This document shows, piece by piece, positions 47,610 to 59,976 of a stretch of 64,000 nt of DNA (position 1 is its first letter; every line of letters begins with the position of its first letter). The stretch is from Zootoca vivipara (Eukaryota): assembly GCF_963506605.1 (NCBI RefSeq), contig NC_083288.1, forward strand, positions 28,334,001-28,398,000. Direction: 5' to 3'. Position numbers and translations under genes: made by a program. Under the pieces are notes generated by a model that saw nothing but the letters and a program-made list of their open reading frames with translations, was not told the origin of the DNA and searched no databases.

Positions 47610-48024
47610 AGCAGTGGAGCTTCATGCTTCGCCACCGGGGGCGGAGAGCAGGCATGCTGCCCCCAGTGATGTGCGCGTTCTGGGGGCGTGGTGTGGCGCA
47701 TGTTTGGGGGGCGTGATGAGCTGTGTGCAGTGACGCGGTGCACATTTTGGGGGGAGTGGGGCGCTATGCACAGCGACGTGGCGTGCATTTTGGGGAGTGG
47801 AGCGCTGTGCACAGTGACGTAGCGCATTCTGGGGGCGTGGTGTGGCGCATGTTTGGGGGTGTGACACACTGTGCGCAGTGACGTGCACATTTTGGGGGGA
47901 GTGGGGCGCCATGCGCAGTGACGTGGCACACATTTTGGGGCTGGGCGGGCAGCGGTGATGACGCCGCTGGGATCGCGTTGCTCAGGGCGCACCGCCCCCA
48001 CCGCCCCTTCTTCCTACGCCCCTG
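47610..48024. mobile_element. GC-rich hAT-like element with internal ~38-bp minisatellite
   Basis: Right end ctacgcccctg as in the 18604 element; repeated gcagtgacgt...cattttgggg units; TSD unclear. Confidence 0.6.
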
Positions 48025-48138
48025 GATGTCTCCCAGTTGGATTGAGGGGAAGTATATTCAAATCTTACAAAACACACATAAAACACTTCTTTTTGTTTTT
48101 TTTGTTTTGTTTTCTACAGGCGGAAACACTCTGCACAT

Positions 48139-49068
48139 ATGGAGAATCAAACCCACATCACTGAGTTCATCCTCTTAGGCTTCTCCAGTGATCCAAAGCT
48201 CCAGATCGTACTCTTTGCAATCTTCCTGTTGATTTTTTTGATAACTCTGTCTGGCAACCTGGCCATCATTTTGGCTATAAGAATCGATGCTAATCTTCAC
48301 ACTCCCATGTATGTCTTCCTTTCTCATTTGGCTTCCCTTGATATTGCTTTTTCTTCTGTTACAGTTCCTAAAATGTTAGAAGACTTCCTTTCGGCCAGAA
48401 AAGCAATCACCGTTGATTGTTGTTTTACCCAGGTCTTCTTTGTCATGACGCTTTCAGTGGGAGAAGGTCTCCTCCTCTCTGTGATGGCATATGATCGGTA
48501 CACAGCCATCTGTCACCCCTTGCATTATAACGTGATGATGAGCAAACGGGTCTGTTTGCAGCTGGTGTGCCGTGCATTGTTCACAGGCTTTCTTTTTGCT
48601 CTACTGAACACCCTTCTGCTAACAACTCTGCACTTCTGCAGGGCCAATGTAATCCATCACTTCAGCTGTGAAGCCCCACAACTGTTCAAACTTTCCTGTA
48701 GCAGCACTTTTGCAAACCAAATGGTGATTTTCACCCTTGGCTCATTTTTAGGGATGGGGGCTCTCTTGATCACACTGGCTTCCTATATACACATCATCTC
48801 CGCTGTCTTGAGGATACGCTCCATGGAAGGGAAACGCAAGGCCTTTTCCACTTGCACATCTCACATGACAGTTGTTGTGCTGTACTATGGAACAATTTTC
48901 TTCAGGTACCTGAAGCCGACCTCAAAGAACTCTCAGGATCAGGAAATGGCTCCCTCTGTCATTTACTTTATTGTGATACCCATGTTAAACCCCATCATCT
49001 ACAGCCTCCGTAACCAAGAAGTGAAGAGAGCGCTACATAATATGGTGTGCAGAAAATTTAACAAATGA
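48139..49068 (+). CDS. Olfactory receptor, class II (OR5-like), 309 aa, open frame
   Basis: LHTPMYVFLSHL, MAYDRYTAICHPLHY, HHFSCE, KAFSTCTSHM, PMLNPIIYSLRN; acceptor ttttctacAG (48118-48119). Confidence 0.96.
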   Translation: MENQTHITEFILLGFSSDPKLQIVLFAIFLLIFLITLSGNLAIILAIRIDANLHTPMYVFLSHLASLDIAFSSVTVPKMLEDFLSARKAITVDCCFTQVFFVMTLSVGEGLLLSVMAYDRYTAICHPLHYNVMMSKRVCLQLVCRALFTGFLFALLNTLLLTTLHFCRANVIHHFSCEAPQLFKLSCSSTFANQMVIFTLGSFLGMGALLITLASYIHIISAVLRIRSMEGKRKAFSTCTSHMTVVVLYYGTIFFRYLKPTSKNSQDQEMAPSVIYFIVIPMLNPIIYSLRNQEVKRALHNMVCRKFNK

Positions 49069-49219
49069 AGATATTTAATTCTCTTTCAAAGTTCATGTAG
49101 TTGGCATTCTCAAATGACAAACTGGCATTTGCTCACCAAATACATTTTGAGAAGCACCTTCTGTCTTCTACCTGTAGCACAGAGCATCTCCTTTGCATGC
49201 AGAAGGTCCCAGGTTCAAT

Positions 49220-49221
<2 letters not shown>

Positions 49222-49260
<39 letters not shown>
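49222..49260. repeat. (TA)n microsatellite
   Basis: Direct reading. Confidence 0.95.
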
Positions 49261-49263
<3 letters not shown>

Positions 49264-49539
49264 TGTAAACAAAAATGCATTATTGTGCAGGGTAATGCTT
49301 TGCTGGGGGGGGGAATAATAAGTCTGTATTTGAGAAAATCACATGGGGAGAGATTTGTGCTACTATGCTGGTGAATTTTCACGAGGCTCTGTTGTTGTTT
49401 TTCCATCATACACTGATGTGACTATCTGGATAACAAAATTTAAGTTTGGGGGGGGAAATGAGAAATCGGTAGAAATTGAATTTTATGTATTCCCTCATTC
49501 CTAGCTGCTAGTCAATGTATAAAATACTAAACTAGATTA

Positions 49540-50670
49540 AACTCCCTTGCACATAATCTGATTATGAATGAGAAGTGTTATCTAGTCTGTCAGTGAGATC
49601 TGGGTGGGTGAGCAGGGTGGAGTTAGTCTACTGAGCTGTGCTCCCCTGGGTACTCAGTGCAGCTTCAGGGTGGGGGGAGGGGAGTTGCTGTAGTCTATAG
49701 AGATTCCATCTCTCTCACCAGGCTCTCTGTCCAGTTTAGGAGTAGGCGTAGTTTAGGAGTAGGAGTAGAATCTAGCATGTGTGTTCCTGATATTGGGCAA
49801 TTAGGGCAGATTATAGATTATGCTGGTTTACTGGCCACATCACTGCCCAGCAGCTTCCCTGCCTGATCTGACAGAGCTGGTGTTGAGGACTCCCAGACTG
49901 CTGGTTCTGGAGGATTTTAACATCCATAACGAGGCGGCTGGCTCTGTAGTGGCTCAGGACTTAATGGCTGCTATGACGGCGATGGGGCTGTCCCAACATG
50001 TCACTTGCCCAACGCATGTGGCAGGCCACAATCTGGACCTTTTTTGGTCAACTGGGCAGGAAGAGGGAGATCTGAAAGTGGGGAACATCCCTTGCCATGG
50101 TCAGATCACTTCCTGTTGAGCCTTAGGCTTTCAGCATTTTTTCCCCTTTGCATAAGCGGAGGACCTAAGACGATGGTCTGCCCTCCGAGGCTGATGGATC
50201 CAGTAGGCTTCCAGGTGACTCTGGGGGATTTTCCGGCTGATATGACTGGCACTCCTGTTGAAGTCCTGGCCAACCTCTGGAATATCGGGCTGTTGACACA
50301 AGCATTCCTGAGCACCCGCTCCCTGTTACTCCAGAGCTTAGGGCAAGAAAGCAAGCTGGTAGATAGCTCTCATACAAGTGGAGGAAAGACCTGGCTGAAT
50401 GCAAGATGGTTTGAGCATATTACGCTGATTCTGGCCCAACTGCACTGGCTGCCAATTAGTTTCTGGGCCCAATTCTAAGTGCTGGTTTTGACCTATCAAC
50501 CTTAAATGGTTCAGGATTGCAATACCTCAAGGACCACCTCTCCCCCATGAACCAACCTGGACCCTATTATCGTCATCTGAGGCCCTTCTTCATGAGCCTT
50601 CTACATGAGAAGTCCAGAGGGTGGCAAGGCAAGAATGGGCCTTTTCTTTGGTGGTTCCCCATTTGTGGAA
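49540..50670 (+). mobile_element. Degraded, internally deleted L2-like LINE
   Basis: APE motifs GGGRGVA, DFNIH, PTHVAGHNLDL, SDH; C-terminal HITLILAQLHWLPI. Confidence 0.7.
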
Positions 50671-50688
50671 TTTTGGATCAGAAAAATA

Positions 50689-50872
50689 CTGCGTTTCTCC
50701 GAAAATAAGCCATACCCTGAAAATAAGCCATAGTGATAGGCAGTTTAACCTTGTAGGTTAAACTGTACCATACTTAATAAAAAAAATAAGACATCCCCTG
50801 AAAGTAAGCCACCGTGTGTGTTTTTGAGGAAAAATAAATATAAGACAGTGTCTTATTTTTGGAGAAACACGG
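50689..50872. mobile_element. Tc1/pogo-type MITE
   Basis: TA|ctgcgtttctccgaaaataag...cttattttttggagaaacacgg|TA. Confidence 0.85.
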
Positions 50873-51033
50873 TACTATATAAGCAGATAAAACCAACACC
50901 CAACATCCACTGACAGGAACAGTGAATTCATTTCTCCTTCAGCCTATTTTCATTCCATGTCAGTTTCAAATGTGCTCTACCATAGGTTTGTCCAGTCCTA
51001 GATTTTGTGGATTTTAAAAAGTGTTTGTATGTA

Positions 51034-51072
<39 letters not shown>

Positions 51073-52151
51073 TTTGTACACACTTTCCTCTAAAGTATTT
51101 ATTTTTGTACACACCCTCCCACTTAAATACACATTTTTGTATGCTTTAAAAAACAAACCCGAGACTGTATTTCTTAATTTAGAGAAGTACATAACTCGCT
51201 TGATAGGTGTTTACAAGTCTGGGACCAGCAAAAGCCTCTTTGTTTTAAACTGCAGACTGAACAATTCCCCCCTCCACTTCTTTTCCTACTAGATCTGTCC
51301 ATACCATGTTCAGAAATCACAGAAAGAGGCTCCTACTTAAGCCTCAGCAGGAGAAGAACACAGGGAAGAACATGCCCATAGCACAATAAGAATCTAAATA
51401 AAGGAGCTATACTCATCCCTAACACAATAGAACGTCACCAAATATAAAGTGAGTAATCACACATGAAAGTTCCTGACATGATGCAAGTGACAAGAGCTAA
51501 TTCTAGATAAGAAAAATAAAAAGTGGTTGGCTATGCTACTCAGTTCTGTAGATGGTGGGCAAAGGGTTACAATTTACCCTTTTCCCATCACGTAAAAATG
51601 AACATGTATGTGTTCATTGTCATCAACTTTTGAATATTTATTTGCTTCTTATCAAAATAGAAATTGATTATTTAATCTTCACCAAAGGAAGGATAATATT
51701 TGGGCTTCAAAATAAATTGGGAGAAAAAATGCTATCTGAGAATGCTTTTTCACACACATCATACTCTCCAAACTGGTACATCTCCTGGGTCTGCACTCCC
51801 GCTTCAGTCATGGATCTGGAAAAAGTATAATTTTCCGGCACAGCATCCCAAAATGCACATTTTGGAGCACTGCGTGAGATCATGGACCTGACCTGAAAAA
51901 CACACATTTGGGGGCACTGTGTGAGATTGTGGACTAGAAAAGGTGTTGTTTGGCTGGGGGAGAGCTCGGCTCTAAATCACGTAAGAGTATGGCACCCAAA
52001 ATGGCCACCATGCTCTTGTGGAGGAAACTGGGATGTCCCAGTTTTTCAGGGACAGTTGATGGGTATGACACTCTCTCCAACATACTTCTTCCAGCAAATG
52101 AAAATTGAAAAGGTCCAAGGATATTTCTCAATGATAAATAAATAAATCTAT

Positions 52152-53129
52152 CTATCTGTGCCATTCAGCGTTAGTGAGGGGCACTGAGATTTTGAGGAGG
52201 GCACTTGTGCTACAGAAAGCTTTTCTTAAAGCTCCCTTGACCTCTTGATTTCTCAGACAGTAAATGAATGGGTTCAGCATTGGAGTGACAATGGTGTATA
52301 TGACAGAAACCAATTTATTTAGATCAAAAGGGTGGATTCTCTTTGGTCTGGCATACATGAAGAGAGTGGCTGAGAAGAAGATGGTGACCACAGTGAGGTG
52401 AGCAGCACAAGTAGAGAAGGCTTTCTTCCTGCCTTGGACAGTTGGGATACGCAAAATGGTACCAATGATACACACATAGGAAACTATTGTAACTGAGAGT
52501 GGGACCAGCAGAATTATCAATGCCAAGACAAAGTCCACTATTTCAGCCACTGTCATATCCTCACATGCCATATTTAGCAAAGGTGAAATGTCACAGAAGA
52601 AGTGGTTGATGATGTTAGGGCCACAAAAGGGTAGGCGAGAAATAAATAAAACCTTCAGCATTGAGGCGAAGAAGCCAGTTAGCCACGAACCCACAGCTAA
52701 CTGCAAGCAAAGGCGCTGGGTCATGATGGTTGGATAGCGCAGTGGATTGCAGATGGCCACATATCTATCATATGCCATTACAGCAAGAAGGATACACTCT
52801 GTACATATGAGAGAGCTGAAAAAGTAGAGCTGTGTCATGCATCCTTCAAATGAGATGGACTTGTCATCCACCAGGCAGTTGACCAATAGTTTTGGGACAA
52901 TAACACAGATGTACCATGTCTCCAGGAAGGAGAGGTTGCTGAGGAAGAAATACATAGGTTTGTTAAGCTGAGGGTTGATTTTGATCACAACAATGATAAC
53001 TGTGTTCTCCAGGAGCGTCAGGATGTAGGCCACAAGGAATATCACAAACAGAAGCAGTTGCAGTTCCATGGTGCTTGGAAATCCAAGGAGGATGAATTCC
53101 CGGACAACACTCTTATTCTTATGGTCCAT
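52152..53129 (-). CDS. Olfactory receptor, class II (OR6-like), 325 aa from MDHKNKS
   Basis: [61 protein letters not shown]; the listed upstream 15 aa lie in the intron pyrimidine tract (AG at 53135-53134). Confidence 0.96.
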   Translation of the reverse strand: MDHKNKSVVREFILLGFPSTMELQLLLFVIFLVAYILTLLENTVIIVVIKINPQLNKPMYFFLSNLSFLETWYICVIVPKLLVNCLVDDKSISFEGCMTQLYFFSSLICTECILLAVMAYDRYVAICNPLRYPTIMTQRLCLQLAVGSWLTGFFASMLKVLFISRLPFCGPNIINHFFCDISPLLNMACEDMTVAEIVDFVLALIILLVPLSVTIVSYVCIIGTILRIPTVQGRKKAFSTCAAHLTVVTIFFSATLFMYARPKRIHPFDLNKLVSVIYTIVTPMLNPFIYCLRNQEVKGALRKAFCSTSALLKISVPLTNAEWHR

Positions 53130-54532
53130 GGATCTACAGCAATAGAAAGGATGAAGACAGGAAAAAATAGGCATGATGCATCCTTATCATTTTGATATCC
53201 ACAGAGGTCGACTGCCTTGTTTCACAATTTCTTTTACTCTGAAGCTTTGTGGCTCATTCTAGAGTCTTCCAAGAGTGGTTACATAACAAAATTATTTTGG
53301 GATTCATCAGAAGAGCACTAAATTATGCTTCAGGGTTTTTTTTAAGCATTCTTGCCTTTAATTTCCTGGATAATTTTCAGAAAATATCTGTCTCATCTTG
53401 TTTAATCATTTTGGACTAAATTGGTGTTTAGGGGGTTGATACTGTTAAATAGGTTGATTTGATTAATTTGGTTTCATGGTTAAGTTGGTCACATTCAGGG
53501 AGGTGCAGGAAAGGTCAAGGTTAGATAAGGTATCAGGTGAGCACCCCTGGGCACCTTTGACCACAAAGGGCATTTCCAGAGGCCAGTTCCATATCCACTT
53601 AGGCTGGATATGAAGCATTCTTGAAACTCACCTGCCACATGTGCACAGAGTTCTGAAACCCAGGAGTGAGGAAGGAAGAGCCCCCTACTTGACCATAAGG
53701 TGTGTCCCAGTCTTTGGGGCCTAGCCTTCTTATGCCCCTTAGAATTGGCAGGGTTTGTCTCACCCAATGCTGAAATTAGGATCCCATTCTTCTCATTTGC
53801 CCTACAGACATAGTTTAAATAAAATGTGGCCCTAGTCCAACCCATCACTTATATCTCACTTCTTCATTTTTGGGTCAGGTCACAAATTATATTGTGTTTA
53901 GAGAAGGTGAGGGGATGGTGTCCAAGAAGTGATTCTGATCAATATAAAGATTCCTAACTGGATATGGGAATCATTTGAAATGCTTGTTCTGTGCAATGGT
54001 ACCTTCTTAATTTGAGATGGGCCATCAGCACAAATCTTACATGCCACTTTTGAAGGAATCTTATATTTTATATAATATTTCAAACAAAGCCTGAGGTGCT
54101 TTCAGACAGCAGATTCTCAAAACCAGCAGACCTTTGAGCACATGTCAGTAGAAGAGTAACACCTCTTGGTGGTGTTAAGTTCTACTTCTGTTCCCATCCC
54201 ATAATGTCATGTGGAAAGCAGAGGATAGATTTAACTTAAAAGCTGTGATCCTATACAAGGCTGTAGTCCCATTCATTGGAAGTCCCAATGAATTCAGTGG
54301 GACTTATTTCTGAGTTTATAAGCATAGGATTGCACTGTCAGTATCCTATTTGCACATTGTTTCTTGTAAATGTTTGTTGTTTTGTATTTAGTGAGTCTTA
54401 AAAGTCTCCAATCATGGAAGCTTAAAATTAAAGTTGAATTTTACATTACAACATAAATTATGAAGTGGCTCACAGATATAATAGATAACTTAAAAAGCAT
54501 GGGAATGTTCTCTTGCATTTTGTGATGGCTAT

Positions 54533-54567
<35 letters not shown>

Positions 54568-56232
54568 TTTATTTAAAAACAACATGTACTAAAAATAGAA
54601 AAAATCAATAGTTAAAATATCAATTAAACTGATAGCATTAATATATACATTTATATACCTATAAAAAAACTGTTTAACACATACCAGTAAATACACTAAA
54701 AACAGCACAGAACCTTACATTCAATAACAGCTATAGAAACAATTCTCCCAAACTCTGTTCATTAATTTGGATTGCATTTTATGGCTACAAGTCTTCCACA
54801 TGAGAATTTACCAAACCTTGATTATTATTTTTTAATTCTATGAAAATGCATTCATTCTTCTTCTTTTTTTAAAAAAAAAATCACTCAAATTTGAACATGC
54901 CATACAGTTTGTCTTAGATTTGTGTTCATTAAAGTTTAAATATCCATCTTTCCGCATTGTAAAATGTGGGACAAATAATGCATTTCCTGAAATCTAGAGG
55001 TATATCATAATTGTTGAAGAAACCATCTTCTTTCGGATTTACAAAAGCTGAAACTAAGAAATGCAATGGAATGTGAAGTTCCTCGCTTCCCACCTCACTG
55101 CATGATTTTTTCTCTATTATTACTTGCAGATAAAATTTCTGCCACATTTCAGTAACATAACTCTTTATCATTAAAAAGGAGATGAGAAGATTTTCAGAAG
55201 TGAAAGACAAGGTGGCCTTAATTTCTGCAGTGATATGAAAAGTTATATTTCAGGATATTGGTTCCAGCAGAGAGAGAGATACTGATTCCTTTCCAGAGTT
55301 CTGTAACTGAAAGATCAGCACACATCTCCCCCAAAAGAGTAGCAATCTTGCATCACATTTGCAAGCAGACTTTGGACTATTTAGGAAATGTTTTCAAAAG
55401 CTTCACTGTGTATGCCAATATTCTTGTGCAAAGATTAATTAACTCACAGAATTGGGAATAATTTATATGTGCATTTCCCATTTTAGCATTACTTTCATCT
55501 TCAACATAATTTAACACATATAAAGTGGTTTACAAAATATAAAAACCAATTGCACAGACATTAAAATATGAAATACATCCCTCCTTAAACATACTTCCTT
55601 TTTAAAGTGCTAAAACTAATGCAGGACGTTTTCTATTTATTAAAACAAACAAACCCTGAAATAAACAAAATAAGCCAGTTGAATCCTTTACCTGATCTAC
55701 ATGAGAACTCCAATGAATATTTCATCATATGCTGGGTGGTATCTTTTTGGTTAAATTTTGAGCAAGTCAAATTTCTCTTTTTCTTTTAACTTAGAGCTTC
55801 TTTGAAGACAACTTGGAACTGTGTTGGATTAAACTAAGGCTAATCCAGTAAGAAGTTATGATGAAAAATTTATGCAGCCTTACCAAAATCATTAGAATTC
55901 TCAGAAGAGCAATGCTGCTTGAACTGCCTTGGTGTATAAGTTATCCTGCGAACAAGGGATATCAAGGGAGCCAAATACTCAGGAACTGGCTCATAGAATG
56001 CCTTTGCAAATGCAGCTGACAGGATAATAGCTCAGAGTTATACTTTATTATTTGACTTCTGCACACCATGAAATGTGTAAACAAGATGCTATTGTAATTT
56101 ATACTGTTCTGAAGCACGAATGTACTTTAAGAAATTCAAACCTGTGCCCATTCACATGGTCAAAACTGTGTAAGTTAAGAATTCAAGATTTTTATTCTTG
56201 AGCTACAGCTTTTATTTATATATAAGTTCAAG

Positions 56233-57098
56233 GAGGGACAGCGGGTGGCGCTGTGGGTTAAACCACAGAGCCTAGGGCTTGCTGATCAGAAGGTTGGCAG
56301 TCAGGGCCGTCTTAAGGTCATCGGGTGCCCTGGTGCAGGGATCCCTCGGGTGCCCCCCCTCTTTTTAAAAAAGGAAAACTCTTATGTGGCGTGCCGGGCG
56401 GCAGGAGCCGGAGAGCTGTGCCGGAGGCCGCCCACCTGTCCGATGCCGTATTGAGTGGGGGAGGGGGTGCCGCTGCTCCGGGCGGCCTTCTTCCCTTCTC
56501 CCAGCGGGCCGGGGTGCCTGGGCAGGCCGCGCCGGGTTCCTTCCTGCCAACAGGGCGCTGCGTTTCATTGGTATAGGTGCTGCCATGTGGCATAGCCTCT
56601 ACCAATGAAACGCAGCGCCGGGGTGAGGGATGACCCTGGCGCTGCAGAGTGGAACAGGGTCTTAGTGCCCCTGTTCTGCTCACTTACCTCCTTGCTCTCC
56701 CAGCGCGGATGGTGGAGGAAAAAGGGAGGCCACCACAAAGCTCCCCCACTTGCTGGGGCACCCCTCAGCGCCCCCTGATCGACCAGTCAATGGGTGAGCC
56801 AGGCCTGTCGGCAGTTTGACTCCCTGAAACGGGGTGAGCTCCCATTGCTCAGTCCCAGCTCCTGCCAACCTAGCAGTTCAAAAGCACGTCAAAGTGCAAG
56901 TAGATAAATAGGTACTGCTACAGCGGGAAGGTAAACAGCATTTCCGTGTGCTGCTCTGGTTCACCAGAAGCGGCTTTGTCATGCTGGCCAAATGACCTGG
57001 ATGCTGTACGCCGGCTCCCTCGGCCAATAATGCGAGATGAGCGCCATAACCCCAGAGTCGGTCACAACTGGACCTAATGGTCAGGGGTCCTTTACCTT
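56233..57098 (+). mobile_element. Sauria SINE split by a hAT-type insertion
   Basis: 5' gggacagcgggtggcgctgtgggttaaacc to 56301; resumes at 56808 and runs to the tail ggggtcctttacctt. Confidence 0.88.
56302..56807. mobile_element. GC-rich non-autonomous hAT-type element
   Basis: cagggccgtcttaagg...gccaggcctg; TSD ttggcagt (56294-56301) / tcggcagt (56808-56815). Confidence 0.85.
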
Positions 57099-58089
57099 AA
57101 TAAGCTCAAGGTATTTTTTAGTATGTAGCCTTGTTTCCTACAACCAGGGGTGCTGGCTTCTGGGGACCGAGTGCCCCCCTATATTTTGGGGGTAAGGGCT
57201 GGGGCTGCCAGATGTCCTAAAAACACAGAGCCAAAGTGTGGAGCCGAGTGCAGCATGTCCCCAGTGGCAGGTTCCTCCTCCTCCTGCCACAAAGAGGAAG
57301 GAGGGTTGAAGCAGCCTCTTACCGGTAGTGGTGTCAAGGGGAGGCTGGCCATTGAGCCACGGGGCTGCCACATTCAACTCCACCCCCAGCAGCTCCCAAC
57401 ATCCTGACATCCCACGCATGATGTCAGGATGTCACATCATGTGCGTGACATCTCCCTCATAAGCTGGCACCTCTGTCTACGTAGTGGTTGGGTTCTTCAT
57501 GTATCAGCCACATACTTTGTATTTGATGTTCATAAAAGATGAAGAAGGAATGTAGCAAACATGAAAAAGTGCAGAACTTTTCTAATCAATCAATGTGATG
57601 TGTTATATCAGCCCAAATATATCATCTGAACTACCTCTGAGAAAACTGGCAGGGTATATGGGATGGATATACAAATCCCCAAACAACATGGCTGTCAAAG
57701 TGCTATTCACTTATTGTCATAGATGGGACCAGAACTGTTTGGTGAGTCACTTTTGTTCAGAGAATGAGTAGAAATGCAAGCAAACATACAGGGTGATTAG
57801 ACTGAAGCACAAACACAGTGGGAGCACATAAAGTTAATGGAGTCAATACCATAATAGGCAAACTGTAGGTCAAGCTCCATTTCTCCAAAATGATGTCTAC
57901 TTCTGTATCCACAACTTGTTTATGCCCCCTGTTTTCCTGGTGTCCTGAGTTTTTTTTAAAAAATATACAGAATCTCTCTCACACTTTTTTCCGTCTGGGC
58001 CACTTTCCCTCTCCCCGCCCCACAGTGAGCCGGGGAGAAGGGAGACACCCTTCCCCCCTCTCTCTTACCCACCTACCCCTCCCTCCCTC

Positions 58090-58203
58090 CCTCCCTCCCA
58101 TCCTTCTCTCTCTCTTCCCTCTCTCTATTTCCCTCTCACCCCCTGGGGGGGCACCAGAAGGTGATCTCGCCTAGGGTGCAAAAAAACCCTAGCACCGGCC
58201 CTG
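58090..58203 (-). mobile_element. Terminus of the 20002-family hAT element
   Basis: Reverse complement of cagggccggtgctagggttttttgc.ccctaggcgagatcacc. Confidence 0.75.
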
Positions 58204-58914
58204 AGTACTGCACTTTTCTGTGTATAAGACGAGGGTTTTGTTTGTTTGTTTTTTACAGTAAAATAATGTTTAAAAACGTGCCTCGTCTTATAACACGGAT
58301 AGCGAATGGGGGGGCAGGTGATTGCTTCTAGCCGCGAGCAGGAGCTTGTCAGTGGCGATTTGGTGGGTGATTGGTAGCTGCTTCAAGGGGTGCCTTGGAT
58401 TGGCTGCTGCTGTGCTAATTGGGTGGGTGATTGGTTGCTTCAGCAAAGGCTGTAGTGGATTGGCCATTGCTGTGGCAATTGTGCTGCAATTCCTTGACAT
58501 GATCAATTAGCAGCGGCCTGCATTTGCCTGCATTTAGTGATATTTTTGGCATTACCCCCCTCCCCCCAAAAAGCTCAACAACTCCGGGCAAGCCTCCCCC
58601 CCCAAAAAAAGTTCTGGACAACTCTGGACCATTTTCTCCCATTTTCTTAAACAGACTCTACAATGTGTGTGTCTAAAGTCAATGAATAGAACAACACTAT
58701 TAGATGTACTGCTAGATAAGCTTTTTATATTTTTATATTTGTAATTGTTAAAAAAATGTTTTAAAAGAGAACTATCATCACCATCACCATCATCTCACCT
58801 TTTCCCAGTCTGGGACTCAACATATGAAAACAGCACAGATAAAATACAGAAGGCTAAAAATAGGTGAATCTTTAATGACAAAAAAAAGATTAAAGCACTT
58901 TAAAACAACAACAA

Positions 58915-58955
<41 letters not shown>

Positions 58956-59129
58956 TATCATTCCAGATTTGGAAATTAGGTGATATCAAATGAACTCATT
59001 GAAGCATATTCCTACACTTAACATTTGAAAACAATGATACATCACTTCAAGGAAAACAACCAAGTGAATGATATTTATAAATTGAAATTATTTTTTTCCT
59101 CCCCTTTTAATATACACATTTTAACATTA

Positions 59130-59361
59130 CCATGTTTCCCCAAAACACTGTTTCATATATATTTTTCCTCAAGAAGACACACTATGGCTTATTTTCAGGG
59201 GATGTCTTATTTTTATTATGCAACCAGCCTCGCCTCTTCCTTGGCGCCCTCCAGAACTATCCCTATGTCTTATTTTCGGGGTGTGGCTTATATTGCACAA
59301 ATGCTTAGAAAACCTGCTACAGCTTATTTTATGGGTATGTCTTATTTTTGGAAAAACAGGG
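59130..59361. mobile_element. Tc1/pogo-type MITE (degenerate)
   Basis: TA|ccatgtttccccaaaa...ttttggaaaaacaggg|TA. Confidence 0.65.
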
Positions 59362-59559
59362 TAGCGAATATTATTAGTGATTCTCCAGCATAATTTCAGA
59401 ATTAAGCTTCAAATTGTCACATATCAGATTAAAATTTGTTATTCCATACATATAGACTATATCATCACTACCACTGCTGCCACCACCACAATTATTTCAA
59501 GTGTATAACCCACCCACCCTTCCTACCCAAAGTAAGTCCAGCGAAAATAACAGACAAAA

Positions 59560-59561
<2 letters not shown>

Positions 59562-59620
<59 letters not shown>
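59562..59620. repeat. (TA)n microsatellite
   Basis: Direct reading. Confidence 0.95.
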
Positions 59621-59624
<4 letters not shown>

Positions 59625-59976
59625 GCATTCTATATAAAGCAGACAATAGTAGCAGTGTTAAAACCTTCATAAAACTATGTTTCAAACTCTGAGTCTGGAC
59701 AATTAAAAACTTAATTTAAATGAAATTAGAAATGGAAAGAAAATGTTCAAGCATAATACCTTAAGTTGAATTTGCTTTAAAATGTACTTTTTCTGTCTTG
59801 TTCCCAATTATGGTAAAAGATAAGAAGGTTTTTTTTTTGAAAAAAAAATCATTTCACAACTAAGTTAAGTAGTCACTGTCAAAGAGTTTTGACATGATTT
59901 CAGATATGAGCTAAGATTTCTTAGAAAAAATTAAGCAGAAGTCACTTTTAAAAAAATGAATTCTATATAAAATTGT

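Noticed and set aside
55860-56000. Possible non-coding first exon/promoter of the 52152 OR (donor GTAAGG at 55883-55878, TAATGA nearby)
   Set aside because: Motifs are short and common; cannot be distinguished from chance without transcripts.
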